64,000 nucleotides of DNA from positions 78,928,001-78,992,000 of the forward strand of contig NC_087436.1 of assembly GCF_036321535.1 (NCBI RefSeq), given 5' to 3'. Origin of the DNA: Camelus dromedarius. Taxonomy: Eukaryota. The notes beneath the pieces are model-generated. The model made no database searches, was not told where the DNA came from, and worked only from the letters and a program-made list of their open reading frames with translations. Positions within the stretch are counted from its first letter, which is position 1. The number at the start of each line of letters is the position of its first letter. A program made the position numbers and the translations under genes. This document shows positions 49,919-62,929 of this stretch, in pieces.

Positions 49919-51322
49919 CTGAAATAAAAAAACCCAATTCACCTACTAAATGGAATTCTATTTCAAGCCACATAGCAATCGTTCACCTCTTACTCCATTC
50001 TCATTGGCAAAAATCCAAAGAAGTTCAGATCAGGGATTGAATGTTTAAGAAAAGAAGAAAATTTGTACAGATTCTCAATAGTCCTAGTTTCAATCATGTG
50101 GAGTTCTACTGCTCACATGTCATCTACTGCCAAACTAACCTCAAAACAAGCATATCTTCTTCTACTTTGTTTCAAGTAAGATAACTATAACTTTTAAAAA
50201 TATTTCTTCAGGGACTCACTATGGAAAGAACTGCTATTAGAAGTATTTTGACAAATTGTATTTTCTCATTTTTTGCTATCGGATATGTAAAGTTTCATAC
50301 TAATCTTTTGCAAACCAAAAAAAGGTTATAGCATCAAGAAGTTTAGACTAATAATAAAGTTAAATACAAAAAAATCTAAAAGAGTGAGCAAAGATACGTA
50401 GCCAGTAAGCAGTGGGGGCTGTGATGTGACCCCAGGTCTGTCTGACATCAAAGGAGCACTAATCTTCACCGTGCTCAGTACTATTCCATATACATGATAA
50501 GCCTACAACTGTAGAAAACTCTAGTCATTTGTAAACAATGACAAAGGGCTAATACAGGTTATGCTCAGAATCTAAAATACTTCCTTCAAGGTTTCCATAG
50601 TCAGAGTGTTTTTACTGCTGTTCATGTCAACCATGTGGAATAATTATTAAATCCCTCTTTGAGAAGAAAACTGTAAAACTGGGATACGACCTCCTGTTTT
50701 TAAACAGGGATCTTTTTTTTTTTAAGTTAAAATGCTAAGCAAATCACTTGAGCTTTTTGTTTGTTCAGGTTCAGTACAATAAATTACCCTTGTTCCAAAA
50801 TATTTATCAGTTACTAATGAGCTGGATCAATTCAATACACAGTTTGGGAATTACCAGCTGAAGGCATAAACAGCTAGGGTGGTAAATTGTGAGAGCTTGA
50901 AATAGTACCTTATTTTTCATCACTTAAACTGTAGTGAATGCAAGGTGATCACGAACAGTTTCCCTCTCTCTTTCTTCCAGGGCCATTGGTTATACATCCT
51001 CTTAAAAATCTAAGTGTTATTTCCACAGTGTTTCAGGTTCACAGCCTCTCTTCTTTCAAGGCCCAATACTCCCTAATACAGCTCTTTAAAACAAGTTTGA
51101 ATTAAAGGTGGTTCTGGCAGCTCCTAAATCCAGGTGTAATGAGGAGTTTCTTGTTTAACAACATGGATCCAAAACTTTGGCTACCAAGCACAAACTCTTA
51201 TTAAATGTTTATTGAATGATTTGAAATAATTTGTGAGAACTTAAAAAAAAAAACAAAAAACCTATGCTACATAAATATTTCACCCGTGTAAGGACAGCCT
51301 TTAAACTTTCCCCAAAGTTTAC

Positions 51323-51397
51323 CTTTTTTCCTAGGTCTTCTTTTCTGTATCCTAGAAGTTCAAGGTATTTTCCACGAGAATCATCTTCAAAGTTTAC
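51323..51397 (-). CDS. SEC31A: SEC31A exon, 75 nt
   Basis: taaaag| VNFEDDSRGKYLELLGYRKEDLGKK |GTAAAC. Confidence 0.95.
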
Positions 51398-52294
51398 CTT
51401 TTAAAAAAGACATATTCTTGAAACAAAGACCTGCATTTAAAGGCCTAATTTTTAATTAACTGCTCAAATTCCAAGTAGAATGGTTAAAATATCTAAAGTC
51501 TACTATATCAACTAGAAGGTTCACTGTAAGAGAACCAAAGAATAGTATTTTTTTAAGAAGTTTTTTTTTTTTAAATAGTAAGTGTACTAGTAACTAATAT
51601 TCCCGGCTGACTAAAGCTTACTTTTAAACTAATTTTTGTAAAAACAAAGTCATGTCCAAAGGTTATATGAATGCAAAACTCACATTATGTGAAACATTCA
51701 ATGTCTTAAAACTCTTTTTTAAAACTAATACTTACTCACCAAATATAAAAATAAATTTAACCTTACTGTATTTACTTTTTGGAAAATTCAGAATTGAGAA
51801 ACAGACATTCTAGGGGAAGTAAAATGACCAACCAGAAAATTCTATTTGTTATTCTGTCATAAATGCAACTCAGTAAAAAGGATGAGAAATGCCTACAACC
51901 TCTCACCCCTACACATTTTCCCTCTTTTACCATTTTCCCTAACCAGATCTACTTCAAAAATTACATACTCTATTGTATTCATTATACTAAGCTCTATGTT
52001 CTAATTTTAAAATAGGTCTGCTGAATGTTATGTCTCTCTCACTTTAAAACATTTATTATACCATTTTTTGCTTTTTAAAAAAGTATTTCATATTAGGCTT
52101 TTCAAAGCAAAGAAGAACTCTTGACATAAAAGTGTTAGCTCATGTGCTCTTCATAAGGTTTCTTTAATTCCATCATGAGATCCCGGAAATCCCATGCTTC
52201 CCACTGTTTCTTTGACAGGAAGACAGATTTAGTGTATGATGGGAGTAGCTGAATGTGCAGATAATGAAATAAAATGGTTTAATACCGACTTTAC

Positions 52295-52531
52295 CTTCAA
52301 AAAGGACCACACGTTTTTTTCAAACTCAGTCTGAGAAGCATCGATCTTTTTCTGACAGTAACTGACGAATCCTTGCGACTGCACGACCTGCTGGAGCTGG
52401 TCGGAGCGGCGGAGGAATTCCTTCTCAGTCACCACCTGACTAATGAACACGTGGTTCTGCAGCGCCTGCGGCTCGACCCCCTGCTGAGGCTGTGGTCTGA
52501 CATTTGCAAAAGTAACCAGTTTGCCTCCGAA
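52295..52531 (-). CDS. SEC31A: SEC31A exon, 237 nt
   Basis: ttctag| FGGKLVTFANVRPQPQQGVEPQALQNHVFISQVVTEKEFL...VWSFLK |GTAAAG. Confidence 0.96.
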
Positions 52532-52929
52532 CTAGAACAGAACAAATAAACTACATCAGCTCAAACCACGAGGATGCAGCCCCAAAACATGCTTACTGCA
52601 AACCCGCGAAAGGAAAGTACTGTGGCCTAAACACGATGCAATTCGCTGATACGCCCTCCCGTACTCCAGTGTGACCCCAGCTATCAATTATTCCTCTTCA
52701 CACCACCCACCTTCTACATAAAATGTCCTAGTTACTGTGGCCCCAGTTTCTCACCTATTTGTTGTTACTAACTTCCACATACGCAACACAACTTCTCTTC
52801 AAGGCCCGGGTAAATGTCACCTGTGCTATCCGGAATGCCCTCGGTATATACTACATACACAGGTAACTCTTTTGATTCAACTACTAGCTATACGTATTTG
52901 CCTCACCTTCTAGTCTAGGCTCTAAGTTT

Positions 52930-53300
52930 TAAAAGGTAGTAGAATATGCCACTCCAAAATATGCCATTTGTCATAAGAATTATTTTGAGCTAAAGAATAC
53001 CAAAAGACAGTAGGAGCAAGAAAGACATCTGACCTCTTTCTGAAAGGAGATGAAACTCCCCTATGAGAGCTGCTCTCCCTCCACTGGGAGGAAAGAAACA
53101 TTTTTTTCACCAGAGATGGGAGTGCAGACCAGGAAAAATCTGTACAAACAGACCTTGTTAAATAAAAATTATTTCCCTCCAGTCTCCCTACATATTTTAG
53201 TTACTTTTCCACAACTGCCATTCTTTGTTCAAACTAGTATATAAGCACTCAGGTCTTGCCACTGGTTTGGAGCTTCATTTCTCTACAGGGCTCCCAAATA
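52930..53300 (+). mobile_element. MER34-like ERV1 solo LTR (partial)
   Basis: agaatatgccactccaaaatatgccatttgtcataagaattattttgagctaaag resembles the MER34 5' end; TATATAA at 53238-53244. Confidence 0.65.
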
Positions 53301-54189
53301 GGAGGTTTGCTCTCCTCCTATTAAGCAGGCTCAGAACTCTGCCTCTGGCCTCTAGTATTCATTCCTCAGGTCTAGGTACTGATCTTTTCTTAAATTCCCT
53401 GGATTTATTTCTTCCTTTTACAGTGCCATTACTCTGCCGAACTCTTCTTTTCACACTGAACTGCTGTATGATTGCAGGCCTATTGTTCATCTTTTCTCCT
53501 CCAATCCTTACAATATGCTACAGATTAATCTTCCCAGATAACAGACCTTTGATTATGTCACTTGTAAATCCGTCCTTTGGATTTAATTAATCTCTCATTC
53601 CTCTTGTCTGATCTTCTCTACTATCTGCTCTCCTGCCTTTGAATCTTTGCTTTTGTTTGTGACTTCCCACTTAACTTACTGAATCCTAACCATCCATCTA
53701 GTTAGTTCTTTCCTTCCCTAAGCAATTAAAACATTTATTATTATAAAATTATGTATGTACAAGGTTTAAAAGAAAATCAAACCATACAGAAAAACCTGCC
53801 CCCTAATATAAGCTACTTGAGGACACAGACTATCTAGTTCACAGGTATGTTTTCTGGGCCTAGAATGGCACTTGACAAACAGAAGATGTTCACTATATAT
53901 CTTTGGAATGAAAAGTGCATGTCCACTGGCCAGCACTAAAGTATTATAAAGACAATAAATAACATTCCTTTCTCCCTCTTATAAGTTTGGAACCAAGTAC
54001 AAGAGATGCAGCATCAAAATATCAAGTTTTAGTGCTGTCATAAGTGCTGCTAGACTGGAGGCTCTAGTTCAGATGTGCAACCACATTGGACCTTCTAACA
54101 AACTAGAATGTAGGCCCCTCTAGAAAAAAATGAAGGAATCAAAGAAGGAGACAGAGAGAAGGAAGACAAACCTAATAAGGTAGAGGGGG

Positions 54190-54312
54190 GAATGGTGCAA
54201 AGGTAGCACAACAAAGTGAATGTACCCAATACCACTGAATTGTATATTTCAAAATGGTTAAAATGGTAAATTTTGTGTTATGTATATTTTACCAAAATTT
54301 TTTTAAAAAAGG
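54190..54312 (+). mobile_element. L1MB-type 3' tail
   Basis: gtgaatgtacccaataccactgaattgtata...aaaatggttaaaatggtaaattttgtgttatgtatattttacc. Confidence 0.7.
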
Positions 54313-54469
54313 AAAAAAGGGAGTAGTTTCCGTTTTTCCTCAGAAACCCTACTGAATGATGAAAACCCACAAACACATCTCAAACTCAGTCTTCTATCTG
54401 AGGGATCCTATAATAACACTTTATTATAAGACCTTTGTGTTTATGGGCCGTAAAAACAAATCCACCTAC

Positions 54470-54622
54470 TGAAAAGGAAGCACCAACAGGCCTTCGGATC
54501 CACTTGGGTGGCTTCTTCAGAGGCAATACTATACTATGCTGAGCAGTCTGCTGAGGAATTTGTAGCGGGGGAAGGGGCTGTCCTGTGCCAAAGGGATCAA
54601 GATTCCCAAAAGATGATGAAAG
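54470..54622 (-). CDS. SEC31A: SEC31A exon, 153 nt
   Basis: ttttag| [57 protein letters not shown]. Confidence 0.96.
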
Positions 54623-54820
54623 CTAAAAAAAAGAAAAGAGAGAGATTTTGTAAATTATACAAGACTATATTACATGTTTTCAAGTGATTGCCAAGAAATT
54701 TTTTGTTATAATTATCCAATTAATCGGTATTGTTGATCAGGAAAGTCACTTTCAAAATAATTACAGTTAAGATGATTTTTTTCAAGCATTATAATAAAAA
54801 ACTTTAACACTTCCTATTAC

Positions 54821-54982
54821 CTTGTCAACTTGTTTCTGCCTTAAACCATCTGTGCTCCCTCCCATGATAGAATAAACGCTGATACGGCCGTCAAAGGAAG
54901 CAGCCGATAAGACAGCAGGATTTCTGGGACACCACTGGATATCAAAGCACCACTGTGTGTTGGTGGGAAGTTCATATAACAC
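54821..54982 (-). CDS. SEC31A: SEC31A exon, 162 nt (WD40)
   Basis: ggacag| VLYELPTNTQWCFDIQWCPRNPAVLSAASFDGRISVYS...QVDK |GTAATA. Confidence 0.96.
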
Positions 54983-56872
54983 CTGTCCCAAAAAAAAAGC
55001 AGAAAAAAGTATACTCACTTTAATTAGTTTGATCAACAAGTACAACTTAATTAAACATGTACTTTTAGAAAGTATCTAGCCAGGAGAAACAACTATAAAA
55101 ATTTCTTTGAAGTACAAGAGAATGCCATCATGATAAAGAGGAATGCTGCTCAAAATTTTGACCACATTTGGAATAAGCACATCTTTAAAACTGCAGTTTT
55201 TTTGTTTTTATTGAAATGGTAGTAGAGGTGGCAACTGAAAGACTAGAATAATCTCTTAGGGTCAACTTGTTAAGTCAAAGACCAATAGGGTCTCATCTAA
55301 CTGATTCTGCCTGCCAAGATTCAAAGAACCACATTTAGCTTATTTGAAGATCAAATTAAAAAAAAAAAACACCCAAAAAACCAAGATAAAAAACTTTGAG
55401 AAGCAAGAATTCACTGAGAAATTTGGCTTCCAGTTAAGTAAGAAAACATGTTTACATCATTCTTATTACTGTGTAACTTTTCCTTAGAAGAAGAATATGG
55501 AAAAAGTATTAAAAATGGCTGATATAAATAAAACCCTTACAATGTAATAATTGTTGCTAACTCAAAGTTAGTGTGATGGTAACTGATGCCCATAGGGTTA
55601 CAGGTTTTATAGCTTTAAGAAATAAGTCAAATTAGCTTAACTTTGGCTTCATGTGACATTTAAAATAATTTTTTTCTTTTATAAGAAAATAAAATTAAGT
55701 GAAAAGGCATTTATCCTGCTAGTCTTTAACACTTAAGTTGATTGGTAAGACTATTAGATTCTTGATATTTGAATTAGTTGTCTATTTCTAATTTGCATTT
55801 AAATAAAAAATCTATTACATTTTCTTAGTTGCAGCATGCACTAAAAGTTTATTCCTTCAAAGTCCAAGCAAACACAACTAAGCATACGCAAAAAATCATT
55901 TTATCAAATTACATAACTAAAAAAATTAGAACCCTAATTTCCACGAATTTTGAATTCACTTGAGAAGGCACAGTGTAAAATGCAAGATTTTTATTATTTG
56001 GCCTACAAATCAAATGAGGCAAAACTTATTGTCTTTTTCTCATCTACCCTAACATTAATTTTTCTATATTCTTACAGACATCATTGCACCTGAAAACTTT
56101 AAAACCACACATCAAATAACAAAAGTGCTTGTTTTAATTTTAATATTATAGATTAAAAGTGATTGAAGATACTCTTATTTTTACCAGCATACCATCAGGG
56201 TAACTAGAAAAGCATCTGCAATAAAAGTTTAAAAGCTGTAATTAAAATGTATGTTCTCTTGCCCAATAGTGAAAAAGATGGAAATTATTAAGAATAAAAA
56301 TAATAGTTACAAGAGATTTTTAGCCCACAACCCAAAGCAAATAAAATTATATTTATATAACATTTATATTTAATAAAGTAAAATTCCCTCATCTAAATTT
56401 CCATGGGTAGAACATATGACAAATATTTTATTATAAAGTATTCTTGCTGTACAGTTCAGAAGAGAGAGTAAAAACCTGCATCCATTGATTTCCAAAAATC
56501 AAAGAGGACCTAAAAAGGCAAAGCCAGAAAAAGACCCAAACCTTGAACACTTCTACTCTGAAGACACTGGTTTCCAGAAATCACATTAAATGAATCATTT
56601 CCAAGTTTAGGTTAACACCTTTTATTGGGGAGTGATTACTAGGTTCAAATACACTATTTTCAATGACTGATATTCCCAGATGAAACAGCTGAGTTTAGAC
56701 AATGTTCATGACAAAATCTCTGTTAGATTAACATTTTACACACATGTCCATCTACTCTCACATGTCCTTAATTGTAAACATGCAGTAAAGAATCCATACG
56801 GAAATTTTCTTATTCAGCTAGAGATAAAATACTACGAGAGCTGTAAGTCTGAGAAACATTTCCTCCCCATAC

Positions 56873-56972
56873 CTCTCCTGTGTTTGGGTTGGAGCAGAGA
56901 ATCTTAGCATCTTTCCCACAGCTCAGCAACAATTCAGGATCTGCCATGCTCCAAGCAATTGCCAAAATCCCC
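56873..56972 (-). CDS. SEC31A: SEC31A exon, 100 nt (WD40)
   Basis: ttatag| (R)GILAIAWSMADPELLLSCGKDAKILCSNPNTGE |GTATGG. Confidence 0.96.
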
Positions 56973-58084
56973 CTATAAAAAACCCAAAGAGATAAGTAAT
57001 TTTTAATCTTGAGAAAATCAAACCGCCAAATTATTTCTGTCAGGGGTTTGGAGACACACACTGCTAACAGAAGTATAATTTCATATATAATTTTGCTAGA
57101 AAGCTGTTTAGCAATGTGTATGCTCTTTGATCTTTACAAAGATATTCAATGTAGTGTGCAGCAACAGCAAAAATTTAAAACAAATGCCCAACAACAGTGA
57201 CTACATAATAATAAATTACAGATCATCTTTTGATGAGAAAATCTGTAGTTAAAAATTATGTTGTAAAAATTGATTTCTTATTGTTAGACAGTCTTCACCA
57301 ATCAATGAAAAAAGGTTAACTATGTACATAAATTTGTATAAAAATACAATTATATTAAATATTTGCATAAGTAGGGTTATGTGTATATAAATAAAAATAT
57401 GCACAATAAAAATTTTACTTATGGATGGGTTGGAAATCTAATTATTTTACATTTTCTACTTTTTGTTTATATTTCTAGCTTTTGTTATCAGGGGAGATCT
57501 AGCATATAAGTTTTTTTAATTAAAAGAAAATATTTTAAATTCATCACAGAGAAATACTAGATCTAAATACTAAAGATCTGATTTTACAATTTTTTGTGTT
57601 TTAATAGCTTTTGGATTTTTTTATCTTAAATATAAGAAAGTAATATTTTTGGTGGATGTTCTGAAAAATCAGATTAGCATCCCTATAAAAATAAAAAAAC
57701 TTGTATCCCATTATCCAGAAAAATGCACTAGATAATAGTTTGCGTTTTCTACATTCATGTCTCTGCTGTTTAAGAGATGAAAGAAGGAAAGTTAAGCTAT
57801 CACACTATGAAGAAAAATACTAGAAACTACAATTTAAATCCCAGAAACTTGAAAATAGTAAATACTACTAGTAAATACTAGATTCTAGAAAAATACCAGA
57901 AACTAGAACTATGTTTGTGTATTTCTTCAAACAAAAACATACAAATCAATATTCCTCAATTCTCCTGAAAACATTACAGTAGTCCTAAGATGCATAGTTT
58001 TTTTTCCAATTTCCAAAATAAAGATAAATCTCACTGTCAATGTATATATTTAGCATTGTTTTTCTTTCCCCTGAAAGTTGGTTG

Positions 58085-58230
58085 TTTTTTTCTTTCAAGT
58101 TTTTTTTGGTGGAGTAATTAGGGTTACTTATTTATTTGCTTACTTACTTTTAGAGGTGGAACTGGGGATTGAACCCAGGACCCTGTGCATGCTAAGCATG
58201 TGCTCTACCACTTGAACTACATCTTCCTCC
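58085..58230 (-). mobile_element. tRNA-Ala-derived SINE (Vic-1-like)
   Basis: ctggggattgaacccaggaccctgtgcatgctaagcatgtgctctaccac with T-rich tail. Confidence 0.85.
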
Positions 58231-58379
58231 TTAAAAGCTGTTTTTAATTTGATGGTATTTCTTTTAATCTCAGTTGTCTCAGAATCAGGAAAATATAGTA
58301 TAGGAAAAGAACCCAAATAGTTTAAGAATGCCTTTTCTCTCCCATTTTATTTTTAAAACATTAAAGTCTTTGTAAAAAC

Positions 58380-58740
58380 TTTAAGGAATGGTGTGATGTA
58401 CACCCTTACACTCGTCATCTAGATTCACTGATTTGGCTGCACCTACTGTCTTTCTCTTTCTCTACATGTGTATTTTGACCATTTGAGAATTAAATGCAAA
58501 TATTATGATATGTCACCCCTACACTTATCTCTGGAGATAAGAACATTCTCCTATATAACCACAATATAGTTACATATTGAAAATATTTATTATTTATATG
58601 CAGTACTTTAGAGTCCATATTCAACTTTCCCCAGTTGTTAACAATAATGAAGGTGTATTGTCTCCTCCCTTTAGAATCCAATCATGCATGTCAAAAATTT
58701 CAAGGTATGTCAAGAATGCCTTTTTAAAGAAATCAGTGTC
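58380..58740 (-). mobile_element. Old L1 (L1MC/L1ME-type) relic
   Basis: accatttgagaattaaatgca...aagaacattctcctatataaccacaata...gtccatattcaactttcccc. Confidence 0.55.
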
Positions 58741-58954
58741 ATATTTAATACTGCATTTTAAGGAACACTTAAGTTCTTACTAAGTATTAAAAAAAATTGC
58801 TGAACTGTAGAACTGAAAGGGATTTTAAAAATCACATAATCCAACTCTTAAATTTATTAGAGGGAGAAAACTGAGAACTCAAGAGGTTGATTTGCTCCTG
58901 GAACCTACTATGGTATTCTGTCTTGCTAAATTATGACCACTTCTAAAACTGGCA

Positions 58955-59300
58955 GTAGAATATAGTGTTAAGAGCATGGATACTGGGATCAGAATGTTTT
59001 GGATTACAAGTCAGCATTTGACTAGTTTTGTGACCTAGGCCAAGCTTAGCCTTGCTGAGCCTCAATTTCCGATGTGTAAAATGGGATAATAGGACTTACA
59101 CCATAGGTTTGTTATGAGGATTAATCAAGCTAACATTTAAAGTACTTGCATACTTTACATGCTACATAAATGTTAGTTGTCCTCCCACTGCACTGTAAGC
59201 TCCCTGAGGGCAGGAATTTTTGTCTGATATATTACTGAATCCTAGTACAGTACTTGGCACAGAGCACATGTTCAATAAGCATGTGTTGAATGAATAAATA
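58955..59300 (+). mobile_element. MIR followed by an L2 3' end
   Basis: tagtgttaagagcatgg...tgtgacctaggcc...gagcctcaatttcc...tgtaaaatggg; then tgtaagctccctgagggcagg...tgttgaatgaat. Confidence 0.7.
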
Positions 59301-60209
59301 AAACCTTACCAAACATGAGAAAAATATTAAAACTTCTCAGAATTATCCCTTCTTTACTAAAAAGTTAATTGAAGCACAACATCTAAATAGGATTATACTT
59401 TGACTAGGTTCTTCTCCTTTATCAGAAGCTAAAGGAGAGATCATACATTTTAAGACTTCTTAAAGTATGTAATTCCACTACTTAGGGGGGGAAAAAGATT
59501 TAAAATGTCTATATCCTTAAATATAAAAGAAGAAAAAAGCCCAAAGTACTTACAAAACACTGTAACATTAAAAGGGATTTGTTTTGTGTTTAAAAACATT
59601 GAACAAATATGTGTAAACTCCCTGGATACCTGAATATCAATAATAGGAAATCTGTACAACTACAAACTAAATTTAATGCTACTGAAACTAACACAAGAAA
59701 ATTCTCGTATCTTTTTAGAGCATCCACACATTTATTAAAACTGAAAGCAGAATGAACCACCTAATTTCTCAAAAATGTTTCCCTTTAAATTAAGATAGAC
59801 ACTCGAAAGTAAAACAAACTTTCATTTGTTGCTTGACATTTAATGTTAGGAAAGACTCTTCATAAGTATGACTGAAATAAAGATGAAACTGTGTAACTGT
59901 TGTCCCAAGAGTTGTCCCAAAGTGTTGTTACACTAGAATTTTGACCTATTAATCATTACTTCAAACAAGTAGTGGAAAATCCGTTAACACATTTTCATGC
60001 TGTTGTAATATGAATTGGCTACCATTGTTTGGTATAGAAAATCAGATGACTATTGCTTAAAATGAAAACAAACCATTTACACTAACTTTTACAAGATAGA
60101 GACAAAGTAGATTCCCTAATTTTAAAAAACTATCTGATAATTCAAAGTAGTAAGTAAATACATTTTTAAAAATTAACAAATCAAGGTCCTTGGAACAGGA
60201 GCATGTTAC

Positions 60210-60352
60210 CTGGCATGGTTTTCCAGGACACGGAGTGGAGAGGAGGCAAAGCGCAGATCCCACATCTGGACTACTGGTAACCTATCATCCTCAGAGGCAA
60301 GGACCATTTGAGTAGCAACATCAGGATGCCACGCCAGCCCAGAGCAATGCAT
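60210..60352 (-). CDS. SEC31A: SEC31A exon, 143 nt (WD40)
   Basis: ctacag| [53 protein letters not shown]. Confidence 0.96.
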
Positions 60353-61370
60353 CTGTAGATAGTTAAGGCTCACATTTTATCAATCATACTACTTCTTGAA
60401 AAGCCAAAATGAAAATGAAGAATATGCTTCTGTTGAAATAGCATAAAACATTAGCTCAGGCTTATTAAAAAATTATTTATTTTAATTGATTTTTTTTATT
60501 TGTTAAAAATTCAGTTTATTAAAAAAATAAAACTATTAAATTTTATTAAACACTCTTAAACAGTAGTCTTTAAAGTAACTTGCTTAAATATTTTCAATTC
60601 ATCCAGCTCTTGGATATACAAAGCCATTCTGGGCCACAATAATTCTATACTGAAAATGAGTTTTCCTGTCCAAATTGTAACTAGGAAAAAAGTTTTACAT
60701 AAATTTAAAATTTAATACTTTCAGAAAAAATGAAAATAAAAAGATAAAAGATTTTAATGACCAAAAAATCCATCTCTTTCCTCTGTTTTATCAGAAAAAT
60801 CAAGAAAAAGATCTAAAGCAACAACTACTATTTAAGTTTTCACATGGAATAATTTACAATTATTATTGAGAAATGCCTGAAGCCCAGATCCTATTAAATG
60901 TTCCAGAAGATGACTGACATGCATATGGTATACTTTATTCCACTGAAATTTGTTCTAAAATTCATGACTCACTGAAAAACAATACCCTGAAGAAATATTA
61001 TTCTAAATAGTTTTTGTTGTTGTTGTTTTTAAATTATGTATGTATTGATTTAGGGAAACTCTTTTTTTTAAATGTCCAACTAAACAATGTAAATGAAAAC
61101 AAATTAACAAAATAAGGCCTAAACTGTGTCTAAATTACTTTACAGCACAGGATGACATAATATTAATGAATCTGTAAAGTCAAAAATTTAATGTGTTATA
61201 CAGCATCTACTGGCCAAGTTGGAGAAAAGTACTAGCTCACTTTAGCAGTTTCTAATCAGAAAAGATGAAGCCAGGAGCCTGTAAACTACAGGTTCACAGT
61301 CATAAAATTACTAGCAGGGAAAATTGTTACACTCCAGAGAAAGCTAAAGATGAATTGAAAGGTTGCTATT

Positions 61371-61496
61371 GGGGGAGGGTATAGCTCAGCGGTAAGGTCC
61401 TGGGTTCAATCCCCAGTGCCTCCATGAAATAAACAAACAAACAAACAGACCTAACTACCTCCCCCCACCACACACACACACACACCCCTACTCACA
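61371..61496 (+). mobile_element. tRNA-Ala-derived SINE with internal deletion
   Basis: GGGGGAGGGTATAGCTCAGCGGTA^AGGTCCTGGGTTCAATCCCCAG; imperfect TSD aaaggttgctatt / aaagattgctgtt. Confidence 0.85.
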
Positions 61497-61788
61497 AAAG
61501 ATTGCTGTTAATGCTTTGGAACTGCTAGCAAAGCAAAACAACCAGTATACCATGGAATAACCCCCTTGATTAACCAAACTCTCTCTTCATTAATATATCC
61601 AGAATGGTTTAGTAGGAATTTTATTATTTTCCCCAAAGGAAAAAACCTCTCATTCCAACATGATTGGTCTATAAAAAGACAAGATTTGATTTCACAGAAA
61701 TTTGATTTGTTGCCAATTCTGAGAAACAATATAAGAATACCTACATCAGAAATAAAACATGTATGTTACAAATCAATCATATACTTAC

Positions 61789-61929
61789 CCTGTTACTATG
61801 ATCACTGACTTTGATGATAGGTTCATTTTTTCTAAGATCCCACACAGTGGCCCGGCCACTGGGACTGGCAGATGCTAAAATATGCTGAACTTGTCTGTTC
61901 CATGCAATGCAGCTAATATCTTCTGGGGG
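61789..61929 (-). CDS. SEC31A: SEC31A exon, 141 nt (WD40)
   Basis: ttatag| [53 protein letters not shown]. Confidence 0.96.
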
Positions 61930-62833
61930 CTATAAGGAATAAATTACTAAAAACCATTTCTCAATTATAATCAAATTTAACTACAAAATCTAATTCTTTT
62001 TAAAAATGGATTACCTAAAAATCTGATCTATTCATTCCACAAATCTGCTTTTATATTCTTAAGTTCTCAATGTATATGATATATAGCTTAAAGTTCAGGT
62101 ATATGCCAATTCTAGTATTTTACCTTGTTTATTCACCAGGAATTTATTAAGCTCCTATTACAAATCGAGCACTGTTTCTTTATTTTGCAACTGCCCCAAG
62201 GTAGAAAACAGACCACCAAGTAGATATTCATCAATATGACAGACAACTAGGAGCAAAAATTACAGCCTAACCTAGAAGACTATCTTTGTAAATGGTGGTT
62301 CATACACTATTATTATGCTACCTCCCAAAATGTTAGGGACCATTATATTGGCTACTCAAATTGAGCAGTCTATACAACATTAAGAAACTCAAGGAGGCAG
62401 TGGGAGGACTCTTTCCTTATTAGAAATACAGAGGAAATGGGTTGAGATTTTTTTTTTAAGTAAGTTTTCTTTCTACTCTATGATGTTTATTCTAAGGTTG
62501 GATATTGTTAAAATACTATATGATGTAAAATTCTATACTATATGAAGTATTATACCTAAGAAAACTATTAAAGACCCGTCGATTTTATTTACTACCGTAA
62601 GTCTAGTACATCAAACAAGGTCTGGCAGGTGGTAAGTACTAAATAAATATTTGCTGCTGAAGGGTTCTTTGATACTCTGAAGAAACATATTTACTATAGT
62701 TCACTGTGCTGAAGGAAAATCAATGACATCTAAACACTAATTTTAATAACTATATTTTGTATGAAAAATACTGAAATAAGTGTAGAAAAACTTAATTTTG
62801 GTTCTTTTGATTATATTGAAATCAATGTAATAC

Positions 62834-62929
62834 CTGTGTTTTGGCTCCTGGTGTCATTGGAGTTGCAAAATTGTTTAGATCCCAAATGTAGATTTCAGAT
62901 TCATTAGCACCAGAGGCCACCAGATTAGT
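62834..62929 (-). CDS. SEC31A: SEC31A exon, 96 nt (WD40); most 5' exon in the window
   Basis: ctgcag| [38 protein letters not shown]. Confidence 0.96.

Noticed and set aside
57840..57912. Short AT-rich quasi-repeats resembling a repeat-spacer array
   Set aside because: Irregular low-complexity slippage; no CRISPR-like or other prokaryotic system is supported anywhere in this mammalian sequence
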